Assembly: GCA_040285855.1 (NCBI GenBank)
Contig: JAUFOQ010000013.1
Location: forward strand, 1,922,001-1,986,000
DNA from: Eukaryota sp. GEM-RC1
Taxonomy: Eukaryota
DNA: 64,000 nt
Reading direction: 5' to 3'
Shown: positions 1 to 12,455 of the stretch, in pieces
Numbering within the stretch: position 1 is the stretch's first letter
How the letters are laid out: the number at the start of each line of letters is the position of its first letter
Made by a program: the position numbers and the translations under genes
Notes under the pieces: model-generated
Database searches by the model: none
What the model was told of the DNA's origin: nothing
What the model saw: the letters and a program-made list of their open reading frames with translations, nothing else

Positions 1-50
1 TTGTGCAAATGCATTTTTTCACTGACTGATCATAAACCCCGTTTGTTTTT
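1..50 (+). mobile_element. 3' end of a CRE-like non-LTR element (family 1)
   Basis: TGCAAATGCATTTTTTCACTGACTGATCATAAACCCCGTT also follows the RLE ORFs at 2277-2326 and 61700-61740. Confidence 0.7.
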
Positions 51-1843
51 TGAAACAGATTTTCTTTTGGTTTACATCTTTGACATCTTTCAAGTTGTTC
101 GACATTTTTATATACTTATATTCAGTATCCAACTCATTGCCTCCAAAATAATAATTTGTAAGACCAAATAAAAAATACAAAATCCACACGACCAAAATAT
201 TTTTGTAAAAGAACTATTTTGTTTATTCTAAAATGGGACTTTCATTGTTGTGGAAGAACACTTCTAATTGTCTTGTCCATACACTTTTGCTTGGGCTTTT
301 GGTTACTCTAATATGGATGTGTGCCGTCAGTAACACAAGCATAATGGAGCTACTTGAGATTGTCCACTTGTCTGCAACCGTAGTTGGAATAGTAGATGAT
401 TTCTTCTCCAATAAAGACCAATCATAAAATGACAATCTTTTGTACACTACTGTATGAAGACAGTATAGACATGTGGTAATCAATTTTTTTTGACTCTGTA
501 TTGTTGTTGTATCACAACCACTTGACATCATAACCATTGAGATGCTGATACTACAATCGCGTCTGTTATCGATTTTAACAAAAGAGATAACAAAACCTCT
601 ACATCATCCTATTTTTACATCTTCCATTTATCGCTTTCTATTTCTCTCCATTAGTTGAGAAACTGTACAAATTTGGTGTGAAGGTTAATGTTTAAAAACG
701 TAAAAACGTCCTTTTCAGGAGATGAGTATTCTCAGCATTGGGATATCGTGTCTTTTTGTGATTTGGTCGTTTTGAGAAATACTAATCCTAATCAAAGTTG
801 ATACACAAGGCGCTGTTAATTTGATATTGAAGACTTCTTGATTATTTCTCATCATTGAAAAGATTTTCTTTTATTATTGATTGGGTTTACATCTTTGACA
901 TCTTTCAAGTTGTTCGACATTTGTATATACTTATATTCAGTATCCAACACATTGCCTCCAAAATAATAATTTGTAAGACCAAATGAAAAATACAAAATCC
1001 AGACGACTAAATTATTTTTGTAAAAGAATTATTTTGTTTATTCTAAAATGGGAGTTTCATTGTTGTGGAAGAACACTTCTAATTGTCTTGTCCATACACT
1101 TTTGCTTGGGCTTTTGGTTACTCTAATATGGATGTGTGCCGTCAATAACACAAGCATCATGGAGCTACTTAAGATTGTCCACTTGTCTGCAACTGTAGTT
1201 GGAATAGTAGATGATTTCTTCTCCAATAAAGACCAATCATAAAATGACAATCTTTTGTACACTACTGTATGAAGACAGTATAGACATGTGGTAATCAATT
1301 TTTTTTGACTCTGTATTGTTGTTGTATCACAACCACTTGACATCATAACCATTGAGATGCTGATACTACAATCGCGTCTGTCATCGAATTTAACAAAAGA
1401 GATAACAACACCTCTACATCATCCTATTCTTACGTCTTCCATTTATCGCTTTCTATTTCTCTCCATTAGTTGAGAAACTGTACAAATTTGGTGTGAAGGT
1501 TAATGTTGAAAAACGTAAAAACGTCCTTTTCAGGAGATGAGTGTTCTCAGCATTGGGATATAGTGTCTTTTTGTGATTTGGTCGTTTTGAGAGACACTAA
1601 TCCTAACTTAAAGTTGATACACATAACGCTGTTAATTTGATATTGAAGACTTTTTAATTATTTCTAATCATTGAAACAGATTTTCTTTTATCATTGATTG
1701 GGTTTACATCTTTGACATCTTTCAAGTTGTTCGACATTTTTATATAATTATATTCAGTACCCAACTCATTGCCTCCAAAATATAAATTTGTAAGACCAAA
1801 TGAGAAATACAAAATCCACGCGACTAACATATTTTTGTAAAAG
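51..1843. repeat. ~815-bp tandem repeat: two full units plus a partial third
   Basis: Units start at TGAAA(C)AGATTTTC at 51, 856 and 1672; paralogous ORFs 223/1038 and 233/1048 are offset by 815 bp. Confidence 0.95.
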
Positions 1844-2326
1844 ATCCTTGGTTATCTTGTCAGGAAATTATCATGGATTTCACGACTGTTGGTCCTTGTA
1901 ATTCAAGATCAACTTCCAAAATTTTTGATGATGATTTTTCTGCTCTTGAAGTGGCTGAAAAAGGAAAAAATACAAAGTACTGTCACTTAATTAACCAATT
2001 GAATGTTGACAGGTACAATTCTTTTGTGTTTCAACCTTTTGCGATGTCGATATACGGTAATATTGGACCAGCTGCACAAGGTTTTTTAACTTCCTTTGGT
2101 AAATTGTGTTCTAAGTATGGTAAAGTTTTCAATGAAAATCACAAGGTTTTTTAACTTCCTTTGGTAAATTGTGTTCTGAGTATGGTAAAGTTTTCAATGA
2201 AAATTTTTGGTTGAGTAGGTTAACGTTTGCGTTGTTTCGTGCAATGCACAGATATTTTAATTCAATTTTAGGATTTTGTGCAAATGCATTTTTTCACTGA
2301 CTTATCATAAACCCCGTTTGTTTTTT
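1844..2326 (+). mobile_element. 5'-truncated CRE-like non-LTR fragment (RLE domain plus 3' end) inside the repeat array
   Basis: MDFTT..AEKGK..KY..FQPFAMSIYG motifs; near-identical to 61293-61740; internal ~65-bp duplication near 2075-2205. Confidence 0.85.
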
Positions 2327-2780
2327 TGAAACAGATTTTCTTTTGGTTTACATCTTTGACATCTTTCAAGTTGTTCGACATTTTTATATAATTATATTCA
2401 GTACCCAACTCATTGCCTCCAAAATATCAATTTGTAAGACCAAATGAAAAATACAAAATCCACGCGACTAAAATATTTTTGTAAAAGAACTATTTTGTGT
2501 ATTCTAAAATGGCACTTTCATTGTTGTGGAAGAACACTTTTAATTGTCTTGTCCATACACTTTTGCTTGGGCTTTTGGTTACTCTAATATGGCTGTCTGC
2601 CGTTAATAACACAAGCATCATGGAGCTACTTAAGATTGTCCACTTGTATGCAACCATAGTTAGAATAGTAGTTGATTTCTTCTTCAATAAAGACCAATCA
2701 TAAAATGACAGTCCTTTGCACACCACTGTATGACGACAGTAAAGACATGTTTGGTAAACAATTTTTTTTGATTTTGTATT
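2327..2780. repeat. Partial ~815-bp repeat unit, interrupted by Gypsy element A
   Basis: Aligns with 51-500 up to GATTTTGTATT, where the LTR begins. Confidence 0.9.
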
Positions 2781-2846
2781 TGTTGTCTGTAGACATAGGG
2801 TGAAGTAAATTGAATTTATTATAAGGGTACTGATCCAGTACTAACA
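2781..2846 (-). repeat. 66-bp 3' LTR of element A (TGTT...AACA)
   Basis: On the minus strand: PPT AGAAAGGGGAAAAAG, TAG, then TGTTAGTACTGG...CAGACAACA; homologous to 10236-10311. Confidence 0.85.
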
Positions 2847-3266
2847 CTACTTTTTCCCCTTTCTCGAGGATCTGGTTCTCTTGGCAGGTGGAGAGGCACG
2901 GCTGGAACTACCTTGAACGCTTCGTTTCTTTCTAGAAGATGGCTTGTAGGAGGGATTAGATTTAATAAACTCCGAATAGGCTTTCGTATTCTTTATTTGA
3001 TCCAAATATACCTCGGTGGTATCACCATCGAACCAGACGACTGATCAAACAGGTCCGGAGGGTGAATCGGATTGGGACAGCACCTTAATCACGATCATTT
3101 CCTCAGAGTCACAGGAGGCGACTGCTTTGTGCAACTCATCAGACGAGGGTTTGTCAGTGAGGTATTTCTTACATTGGTAACCACTAGATTTAAACTGATG
3201 TCCAGTGATAATGTTCTGTAAGGTAAGGGAGCTTGCGGTGGTTGATCTCTGTCTCTTCCCGATTTT

Positions 3267-4058
3267 TCAAAATTCTATGAATTTTTGATTGATAATCTGC
3301 CAGGAAGGAATCTTCTGATTGGCTTTCCTGTGAGAGACAAGATAGTATCTTGCTGGGATCGCTACCAGGGCTGGTGGCTGATCCAGTGGGGTGAAACCTG
3401 TCACTCTACTCTTAGTTGTGTTAACTAACAGTTGTACAATTGGAATGTACTTAAACCAGTTGTCATAATCATTAAAATCGATGAGCATCTTTCTTAATGA
3501 CTGCAGGATGTCTCTGTGGCGACGTTCTACTAATCCGTTGCTTTGCGAAAAACTGGGGATGGATTTCTCCGTTTCGATGTCAAAAGCCTGACACACGCCA
3601 TTAAAAACATGGTTGGCAAACTCCTTACCATTATCGCTATGAATCAGATGGGGTATACCAAAAATGGCACATACATTACACACTAGTGCATGGGCGGTTT
3701 CTTGGGCATTGAGTTCCTTCAAGGGACATAAGACTGTATAACGGGTAAACGAGTCTATGAATACGAGAAGGTGACAGTTCCCGGAGGTGTCTGTCGGCAA
3801 GGGTCCAATGGTGTCAGCGTTCATTTTGGCAAATGGTTTGTCTGCCCAAAGATTACCCGATGGTTTGATTTTGAGTTTTGCAAGGGGGGCTGTCTTTTGA
3901 CAAGCTGGGCATTGCATGCAGTGTTTCTTCATATCTTTGGCCATTTTGGTCCAGAAATAGTCACTAGAGTTCAGCCGATCAATGCTGATTCTTAGGCTGG
4001 GGTGGCCAGCGTGAGGAAAACCGTGGATGTGGTTCATCGTGGTTGTCCGAAGACTCAT
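3267..4058 (-). pseudogene. Integrase (HHCC zinc finger plus DDE core), C-terminally disrupted
   Basis: H..GHP...CPACQ, ADTIGP, HSDNG, GLVERRH motifs. Confidence 0.9.
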
Positions 4059-4080
4059 AGGGATGAGTATCTTACCATCG

Positions 4081-5715
4081 CTAATTAGGAATAGCTGTAA
4101 GGCGGGGCTTACGTAGATCGGGATAAACTACGAGTACTACCGGTGAACTGAACTGTCCATTGGGAGTTGTTAACTCAGCAAAGTCCTGACGGACAAGTTC
4201 ATCGAAAATCTCTTCGGCAATCCGCTGTTTCATTGGATTGAGCCGTCGAGGTTTCCGTCTCACAGAGGACTCTTCGTTGTAGAAGTCAATCGCCATGGGA
4301 GGACAATCGATGCCATCTTTGTGAGGTGCTGTCGAGAATATTGATGAAAACTCCTGAAGCAGGTTCAATAAGCTCTCGGCTCTGGTGTCATCATCTAATT
4401 TGATTGTGGAACCTGAATCGAATACATGTTTATTAAAGTCTACAATATTATCGATAGAATGGCTACGGGGAGGTTGTATGATGCGTGAGTCGAACTCGGA
4501 CTCATCGTTCACGGTGGCCAGGATGGCCTTGTCAATCCGGATGACTAGTCCGTCTTCGGTCAGTAGTCCTAACTGTTTCATCAGATCAATTCCCAATAAT
4601 AGTTTGTTGGATCCAGGTTCTATTGGTAGTGTCTTATCCACGTGTGTCAGGTCCGCGATGCTACTGGTATCGTAGGTCAAGATGCCCTGGGCGCTACCCA
4701 AGGACCGGGACTCGACATTGTTTGCTGAAGTGAAGCGACCATTTTTGTTGACGGGCGTCATGTTACACTTCGTAGCCAGGTCTTGTGTGATTACGGACAT
4801 GGTTGCTCCACTGTCCCAAAAACCTTGAACTGGAATACCGTTGATCATCAGTAATGGTAGTGAGTTCTGACTACTTATGCTGAAGACGGAATTCAGGCTT
4901 TGTGAGTTCGTGTTACCATCGGCGGAACTGATGTTGTTCAATGGGTTTAGGAATTGGTTGGTTTCAATCAAAATGGGATTTGCTTGATTAGATGATGTGG
5001 TGTTATCAGATATGTCTACAAAGGTGTTTATATGTGCTGATCGTGCATTGAAATATTTAGATTTTTTATTGAACGGTATCTTGCTACGACTACGAATGGG
5101 TGGTTTGGAGACGGTACTTGTGGCCTTTCGTTGGTCTGAACGGAGTTCACTGCGTCTACACTCAGGATCGGGGCATTGAGTAATAGAATGGCCCTTTTCG
5201 CCACAAAATCTACAGGCGTCAGGGTCTTTATCTTCAAATCGAGGCTTCTTTGAGGGTTTAGAACTGGAAGCCGATCTTCTAGATTTGCCGGGTTCACTAG
5301 ACTGAACCGGGATGAGAGGACGGGAAGTCCAGGATTTGGGGAGGTCTTCCCAGGTAGCCGTATCTCTAAGGTTAGCGATTTCGGCGATACGTTGCTCATT
5401 CTGAACATTGGCTGGAGCAGATTGCCATCTCTTGCACCAATTGTCATAGCGTTGTTTCACCTCGTAAATCAAACCCTGGATGTCATGTGAATCTTGGAAC
5501 AGGGGCCAAAATTCAATCCAGATGGGTAACAGACCAATGTTAGATAGAATTGCCTTGATAATAGCTTTGTCTGGCAAAGCAGTCATCGGCTTATTCTTCG
5601 GCTTTATGGCCTGGGTTTCTTGTAGAACGCGGTGCAACCGTGATATGAAATCACTCCATCGCTCTTCAGAGTCTGCGATGGACCACTTCATCTTGATCTT
5701 GTTCAGCTCATTCAA
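4081..5715 (-). pseudogene. Gag-protease-RT N-terminus, continuous ORF ending at a deletion
   Basis: CRFCGEKGHSITQC knuckle, FWDSGAT protease motif, FSSPVVLV..KPRLT RT start, then a jump to the integrase region. Confidence 0.9.
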
Positions 5716-7516
5716 GGCAGTGGTCTCGTCTGGGAACTGAGTATGCTTGAGGAGAGCTAACCATAGGGTGAGAGGATTCTTACCATCCTACTCCTTTGCA
5801 TTGACAGTTGGGACTGTAAGTCAAACTTCACAAAGCGTTGGATGTAAGAAGGATCAGCATTTGCTGCAGCAGTTCGAGCGAAGTCGAAAAAATGTCTTGG
5901 TCATCCCAATGGAGCCCCTACCGGTGTTTTGTGGTTAGGGTCCATTACGCTCCATTGAAGAAAGTCTGTAGCAAATTCAATGATGTCGTATGGTTTCAAA
6001 CTCGAAAGCATCTTGGGTTGAAGCTTGGAGTTCTTTATAGAGTCGACGGGGAATTTCTGTTGAAATGTGACGACACTATGGGACATTGGGGAACGTTGTT
6101 CCAAAACCGAATTGGATACTGACGGAGCCAAGGGAGGAAGGAGGTCAGTTGAGGGGGAGGTTGATGTCGTGCTGAGGTCACTCATGGAGAGACCAAGCTG
6201 GTGGACATCAGGTAGTGGATTTGATTGATCGGAAGGTGATTGATGAAAAGCGGAAATTTCTTTCACTTTAGACTTCGGATTTGCATTTGCTCTACGAGCG
6301 AGTTCTTCTTCATATTCCACTCGAGCTCTGTCTTTTAATGCAGTAGGCTAGATCACCACTTCATCAGTCGAGGTTGTGGCACTCTGGATAGCTTCGGGCA
6401 GCGGAGAGGGGTTGTGATCTGATGGGCGAATTCTTTTGTCCGAATTCGACTTTTCGAAAATTCGATCCGTTGATACTTCCTGGACCGTTTCCCAGCATTT
6501 CACGGGAATCATGGTTTCCGGTTTGCTAGGGTCCATTAGAATAGTATGGGGTCTTCCTTGGTCGTCAAAGATCGTAAATGTTCCTTCGAGGGGCATAACT
6601 TCGTCATCAAATTGTCTCCTGATCAGTCTTATAGCCCAGGCTGGTCTCGGATAGCGGTTTCTGAGGTAATCAGTACTATCTTTGACTCCATGAAGAAAAT
6701 CATGGACCATTTGGCGATCTGATGGGAACATATGACGGTCTGCTAGTTTCAGTTCCTCTTCAGTTAACCCTTGTTGGTAGGGTCCAGAAGGGGCCTGGAA
6801 TAACTTGGAAGAACCCGTTTTGGAATAAACCCTTGAACGGGAATAATGGGATGGGGTTGGAACCCTCTCGTGTCCGTGTCAGACCTTAACGGCGGAGGTT
6901 GAGAATGGTTATATGGGCCTCTAGCAGGCGTCTTACCAGACTCTTCATCATCAGATTTGTCGTAATCACATAGATCTTCTAAGTCAGGGTCCGTGGTGGG
7001 AGTGACGTGAGAAACTATGGTTGTATCACCATGAGGCACGGGGTCCTGGGCACGTGGAGTCAACGAGGCATCAACTATAGGAAGTGATGAGGGAACGGGA
7101 CCCTTCTGAGACTTTTTATTGGGGGCACTTTTGGAAGTGGCTTTTGGCAAAGACTTGAGTGGAGGGAGACCTGAGTCTCGTTCCGGGGCAAACTTAAACC
7201 CTCCTGATTGCGACATATAGTTGCAGATGAGGAGAGTGGTAGAGTAGGAAAAGGCTTGTTCGTAGTTGGGGCTCCGCTGAACATAGCTCTAATCCTCTCG
7301 AAGGAAGGACTCGTTGGAGGAGGAGTATCCTTAGAAATGGTCCTATCCTGGAGAACGGACTCTTCCAGGGAGGAGGAGCTCTGAAGGGCAGGACCTTCTT
7401 GAGAGCTATCCTCTTGAATGGTAATAACTTCCACTTGGGGTTGGGAAGGAAGGGCGGAACCTTCAACCACAGGAATCCTTTGAAGGGCGGAACCTTTTGA
7501 GGGAGTTTGCTGGGTA
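5716..7516 (-). pseudogene. Ser/Pro-rich N-terminal extension of element A polyprotein, frameshifted
   Basis: ORFs 7075-7557, 6764-7216, 6348-6731 and 5901-6320 share EGSALQ, SPSFERIR, DPDLEDL and IIPVQGFIP with 10351-11280. Confidence 0.75.
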
Positions 7517-7559
7517 AAGATACATTTTATCCTTAGATTATTAGATAAAAAAATCATTG

Positions 7560-8256
7560 CCTCCTTTTTTTGACAGATTTATATTTTATTGACAACAACA
7601 CGTACATCTAATAATCAATATCCTCAAAGTCCAGATTGCCTAACTGGAAATTTTCACCTACCTTATCTTCATAATGTCTGCCAAGAGATAATAAAACGCT
7701 AGATACAAAAGTGACCATACCTTTAAAGATAGCAAACACGATTCGATTTTTCCAAAATCTAAGATCAAAAGTCCTAGATGTTTTTTTTTGCAATCTTCAC
7801 AAAGATTTCAAGTAATGATGATGCAGATTCACCTGAAGAACCGTATAGTCAAAATACAAAAGGGTACAACAAGTAATTCGAGTGTGAAGCCGAATTCAAT
7901 CATTTCAATTTAGCACAATATTTTTGCATTTTAAATTTTTCACCAATCAACAAGGGGTTTTTAGCATTAGATTTAGCAAGTTTCTTGTTGGAATCATTAC
8001 AAACATCGATAGACATAACATCAGCAATAATGAAAGATCCATCGAGACCAGGAAATTCGACATCACCACGGCTATTTCCAAACGATTTGTCAACATCTGT
8101 ATCACCAAACAAACCAGCCAGAACTGGTTCTAAAAAGGAAACTATTCCATAAGATTTTTTCACATACAATATAATTGATCCCTTACTGAATCATGAACCT
8201 TACTTCTAAAAGAAGTAAAACGGTTACAATTCAATAAATGTGTAGGTGTTACAGAT
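7560..8256 (-). mobile_element. CRE-like non-LTR fragment (family 3; CCHC/RLE region plus 3' end)
   Basis: HLLNC..KVHD, RGDV, IIADV, GEKFK..KY, YPFVF..YG and FWKNRIVFAIFK motifs. Confidence 0.85.
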
Positions 8257-8696
8257 CAGGGCCGCGAAAAAATATATTGTTATTTTATTTATTGCAATAA
8301 ATATTAAAAATATATTTATTGTTGGTCAAAACAATAACAATATATTTATTGTGAGTCCCAGCAATATACAATAATATTGCAAATATTATTGTTTATTGTG
8401 GCAATATTTTTCATCGCTAAAATCATCCATTTGTTTGATGTTATATCCAATTTTGCATCCCTTTTGAAGTAACTAAGGTGCGTTGTGGGTGCAGTAGTCC
8501 TCTGACGAACTTTCACTTTAGTAAAAAAACAACCTAGACACAAAAATAATAGAGTATACTATTTGTTTACGTCAAATTGTTGACTGTTCATCTTTTGAAC
8601 TGATGTAGTTCAACAAAGTCTAATAAACGGCAATCAAGAACTGATGACCGTATGTCCCACACAAAAAGTCCTGACATTTTCCAAACGCTTTGCTAG
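8257..8696 (+). mobile_element. Left part of a non-autonomous hAT element (same family as 56630-57540)
   Basis: CAGGG..GCGAAAAAATATATT end; preceded by TTACAGAT, the same insertion point as at 56630. Confidence 0.85.
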
Positions 8697-10235
8697 ATAA
8701 TTCTTGAGAAATTTTAGGAACATTCCCAAGCCAACATCCTAGAATCCATACCAAGTCGAACATTATAATCCAAGCTTTTCAAAAATATTTGTAAGTTTCT
8801 GGTGTTATTTTTTCAGACAGAACTGAAGATTAGTTAAACATCTTTCAGGTATTTCAGACACAGATTCTGGGAAACACTGAGACCAAACGTCAAAAGGTAA
8901 TTTGATCAACGCTTCGTTTAAGTCAAATAAGTAGTTACATGAATTGGGTTTAATAAGTGAATATCATTAGGAAATCGATTAACAAATTCAAAAATGAAAT
9001 ATTTTCCACCGCCTAATAAAGCAGATTTGCAAAGAATTGATGATTTAATCACCAAAATGAGCAGAAGTAAACAAATGACTTCTAAGTAAGGTTGATTCAA
9101 CTTCTAACAATGAAGCAAAAAAATTAATCCTCAACTCGTTAAAAGATCTATAAAAGTTCAGAGCGATTGAAGGAGCAGTAGATCTCAAAAGATGTGTGAT
9201 TTTTCCGGAGTAGCAAATTTTTAAAATAAAAAACTTGATATGTTTTTCAATATCATATGAAGAAATTGTGTTGAGCTCTGAACCAATTTTGTCCAAACAA
9301 TTAGATAATTCTTGAGAAATTTTAGGAACATTCCCAAGCCAACATCCTAGAATCCATACCAAGTCGAACATTATAATCCAAGCTTTCAAAAATATTTGTA
9401 AGTTTCTGGTGTTATTTTTTCAGACAGAACTGAAGATTAGTTAAACATCTTTCAGGTATTTCAGACACAGATTCTGGGAAACACTGAGACCAAACGTCAA
9501 AAGGTAATTTGATTACGCTTCGTTTAAGTCAAATAAATATTTACATGAATTGGGGTTAATAAGTGAAATATCATTAGGAAATCGATTAAGAAATTCAAAA
9601 ATGAAATTTTTCCACCGCCTAAAAAAGCAGATTTGCAAAGAATTGATGATTTGGTAAAACCAATACCACCAAAATGAGCAGAAGTAAACAAAATAAACAT
9701 TAACTGATTAACAGTGATTAACAGTGATTGATTTCTGCTAATCAGTAAAAATTTTCTACATAAATAAAAACGAAATTCTAATTCCAAAACTAAGAAGCTT
9801 CACGGCAAGCTCGAAGGTCCATTCCTGGTCATTGACACGCCCACAGCTAGCTCTCTTACCTTACAGAACATTATTACTGGTCATCAGTTCAAATCTAGTG
9901 TTCACCAATGTAAGAAATACCTCACTGACAAACCCTCGTCTGATGAGTTCCACAAAGCAGTCGCATCTTGTGACTCTGAGGAAATGATCGTGATTAAGGT
10001 GCTATCCCAATCCGACTCACCCTCGGGACCTGTTTGTTCAGTCGTCTGGTTCGATGGTGATACCACCGAGGTACCTTTGGATCAAATAAAGAATACGAAA
10101 GCCTATTCGGAGTTTATTAAATCTAATCCCTCATATAAGCCGTCTACTAGAAAGAAACGAAGTGTTCAGGGTAGTACCAGCCGTGCCTCTCCACCTGCCA
10201 AGAGGACCAGATCTTCGAGAAAGGGGAAAAAGTAG

Positions 10236-10311
10236 TGTTAGTACTGGTACAGTACCCTTAAAATAAATTTACTTTTACCTTTCCACATGTCATCTAGATA
10301 CCTAGACAACA
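10236..10311 (+). repeat. 76-bp LTR of element B (duplicate at 14693-14768)
   Basis: TGTTAGTACTGG...CTAGACAACA, preceded by the PPT and followed by ATAATTAT. Confidence 0.8.
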
Positions 10312-10350
10312 ATAATTATCAACAATTATTCAACCGCCACATCCCCTTTA

Positions 10351-10535
10351 GAAGGTTCCGCCCTTCAAGGTTCTTCTTCTTTAGAAGGTTCCGCCCTTCA
10401 AGACTCCTTTTCTGTTGAAGGTTCCGCCCCTCCAGATCCATCCCTTTCAGAAGGTTCCGCCCTTCAAGGTTTGACTCATCCAGAAGGTCCCATCCTTCAG
10501 GATACAGTTCCCGCACCAGGTTCCGCCCTGCAGAA
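10351..10535 (+). repeat. 33-bp coding repeats (11 aa, EGSALQ core), about 6 copies; duplicated near 14808-14992
   Basis: GAAGGTTCCGCCC-type motif at 10351, 10384, 10417, 10450, 10483 and 10516. Confidence 0.9.
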
Positions 10536-12231
10536 TGCTGTATCTGCAACTTCCCCTCCTCCAGAGACGGTTCAGATAACAGCTCCTCCGGTGATTATAA
10601 CCGTCGAGGATTCACCTTCTACGGTGGCTTCTGCACAGACAGGTAGTCGGAGTAGCACACCTCCCACGGTCACTACTATCGAAGACTCACCGCCCGCGAT
10701 AACGAGTCCTTCCTTTGAGAGGATTAGGTCCCTGTTCAACGATAAGCCAAAAGCTAAGAACACCCCTTTTCCTTCTCTGAACATTGAGGAGACAATCACT
10801 CCCTCCGTAACCCCCTTGGTACCACCAGGAGGGCTTACACTCCCGGAACGAGGCTCAGCCCCCTTCCACTCCCAAAGTCTTTTCCCAAAGCCACTCATAA
10901 GAGTGTTCACAAAAGTCTCAGGTGGGTTCCACCCCTACACCAAAGACGTCTAAACCACCAGTTCAGGATACCAATCCTACTCGTGGTCATAGAGTAGCTA
11001 ATCAACCAGTCATTCCCACCGTGGATCCCGATTTGGAAGATTTAGTCCCTTATGACGTCCCTGATGATGAAGAGTTTAGACAGCCGCCTCCTGTAGGCCC
11101 AGCTGACCATTCTCAACCCCCGCCGTCAAGGCCTACTGGACAGGAGTTCCAACCTCCATCTATAATTCCCGTTCAAGGGTTTATTCCAGTCAGATCCTCT
11201 AAGACGGGTTCTTCAGAACTATTCCAGGCCCCACCTGGCCCTTTCCAACAAGGGTTAACTGATGAAGAACTAAAGCAAGCCGATCGTAGGATACTTCAAG
11301 TTGCGTACTTTACATGCTGTTTGAACTGTGTTTCTCTTCTATTTGAACATGGTTCATGAATTTCAACAAAGCAGACTGTTCTTCCATGCTCAATCTCAAT
11401 TCACGCATGTTTCATCAGTTTCTTATACGATGAATACTCTCAACCAAGCACCCGGCTGTGTAGAATCCGGTCCTACAGACCCACTTTACAATGCTACTAC
11501 TGTTATTCGTATGAAGTTCATCCCCGAAATGCCTCTTTTAAAGTGTATTAGAGGTATACTCACCGTTTTTGATGACAGAAGCAAACCTGATTCCCTTCTG
11601 ACGCATCGTTACCAAACGGATTCTGTCATCTTTGCCAACGAACGTGGTTCCGATCCACGAAGTTGATTTTGGGTCAATTTCACAATTGACGAATTTTCTC
11701 ATCAAAACAGAAATTCCATCTCCACTAGATGTCCGTTTAATCGCTGATGGCACCGATCCACAGCCTCAAACACTAACTGAAGATTCAGGTACACTATCAA
11801 CAGCTCTCCACAGCAAAACGTTAGTAGTGTATCGACAGGACTTGCTCATAGAGCTACTTCAATCCTTGAATCCAAAAAAGTTGAACAATTTTTTTCCACA
11901 AAATCTTCCACTTCCCACAAAATCTCCCTTTTCCTTAAGTGAGTTAGCTTTCCCAAGCCCGTGTACAGCCAACATCCGATAGTTTTCTTAGTGTTTAAGA
12001 GATACGGATGTCTCCTGCTGCTGTCACAATTCAATAAACTGTTTTACTTTCTATAGTAACAGCTATCCAACTGCTGCTCAACAATATCCTTTTTCAGACG
12101 AGGATGTTCTCCGAACGTATATTACGAGTTGAAAGACCATTTTATTCGATTCTTTTCACAGCAAACAAAACAACCTCCCATGGTCAGTTTCCACACGTTC
12201 TGAACAACATTTGATTTTTTGCTCCACAAAT

Positions 12232-12280
12232 TGGTTCTCACAGGGAATCGAACCTGTGACCGTGACTAATCAATATCACC
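12232..12280 (-). pseudogene. tRNA-like 3' half (duplicate at 16690-16738)
   Basis: Minus strand GTGAT-loop-GTCAC stem, then CACAGGTTCGATTCCCTGTG T-arm/B-box and GAGAACCA end; no matching 5' acceptor strand found. Confidence 0.45.
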
Positions 12281-12309
12281 ATACATCTGGCAAACTTTTG
12301 TTAAGATAA

Positions 12310-12455
12310 ACACAAACGAGAATCAAGGACACTGATTCAACATCTCATCCTTTTCTCCACACAAACGAGAATCAAGGACACTGATTCAACATCTCATCCT
12401 TTTCTCCACACAAACGAGAATCAAGGACACTGATTCAACATCTCATCCTTTTCTC
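12310..12455. repeat. 49-bp minisatellite, 3 copies (duplicate at 16768-16913)
   Basis: ACACAAACGAGAATCAAGGACACTGATTCAACATCTCATCCTTTTCTCC repeated head-to-tail. Confidence 0.95.

Larger units (their letters stand above)
2781..7516 (-). mobile_element. Ty3/Gypsy-type LTR retrotransposon A, 5'-truncated, with most of RT/RNase H deleted
   Basis: Gag CCHC, protease, RT start, integrase and chromodomain-like tail in Gypsy order; PPT and 3' LTR present; 5' boundary approximate. Confidence 0.9.

Noticed and set aside
223..537. Protein-coding genes within the 815-bp monomer
   Set aside because: Short overlapping ORFs on both strands, no motifs, and ORF limits vary between copies
2781..7516. DIRS or tyrosine-recombinase retroelement
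   Set aside because: DDE integrase, protease and PPT are present, and the related full-length element C has direct LTRs with a 4-bp TSD
10351..10535. Regularly spaced repeat with variable spacers
   Set aside because: The 33-bp period is in frame and encodes an 11-aa peptide repeat of the Gypsy ORF
12310..12455. CRISPR-like array
   Set aside because: The 49-bp units are contiguous with no spacers, there are no cas genes and the context is eukaryotic
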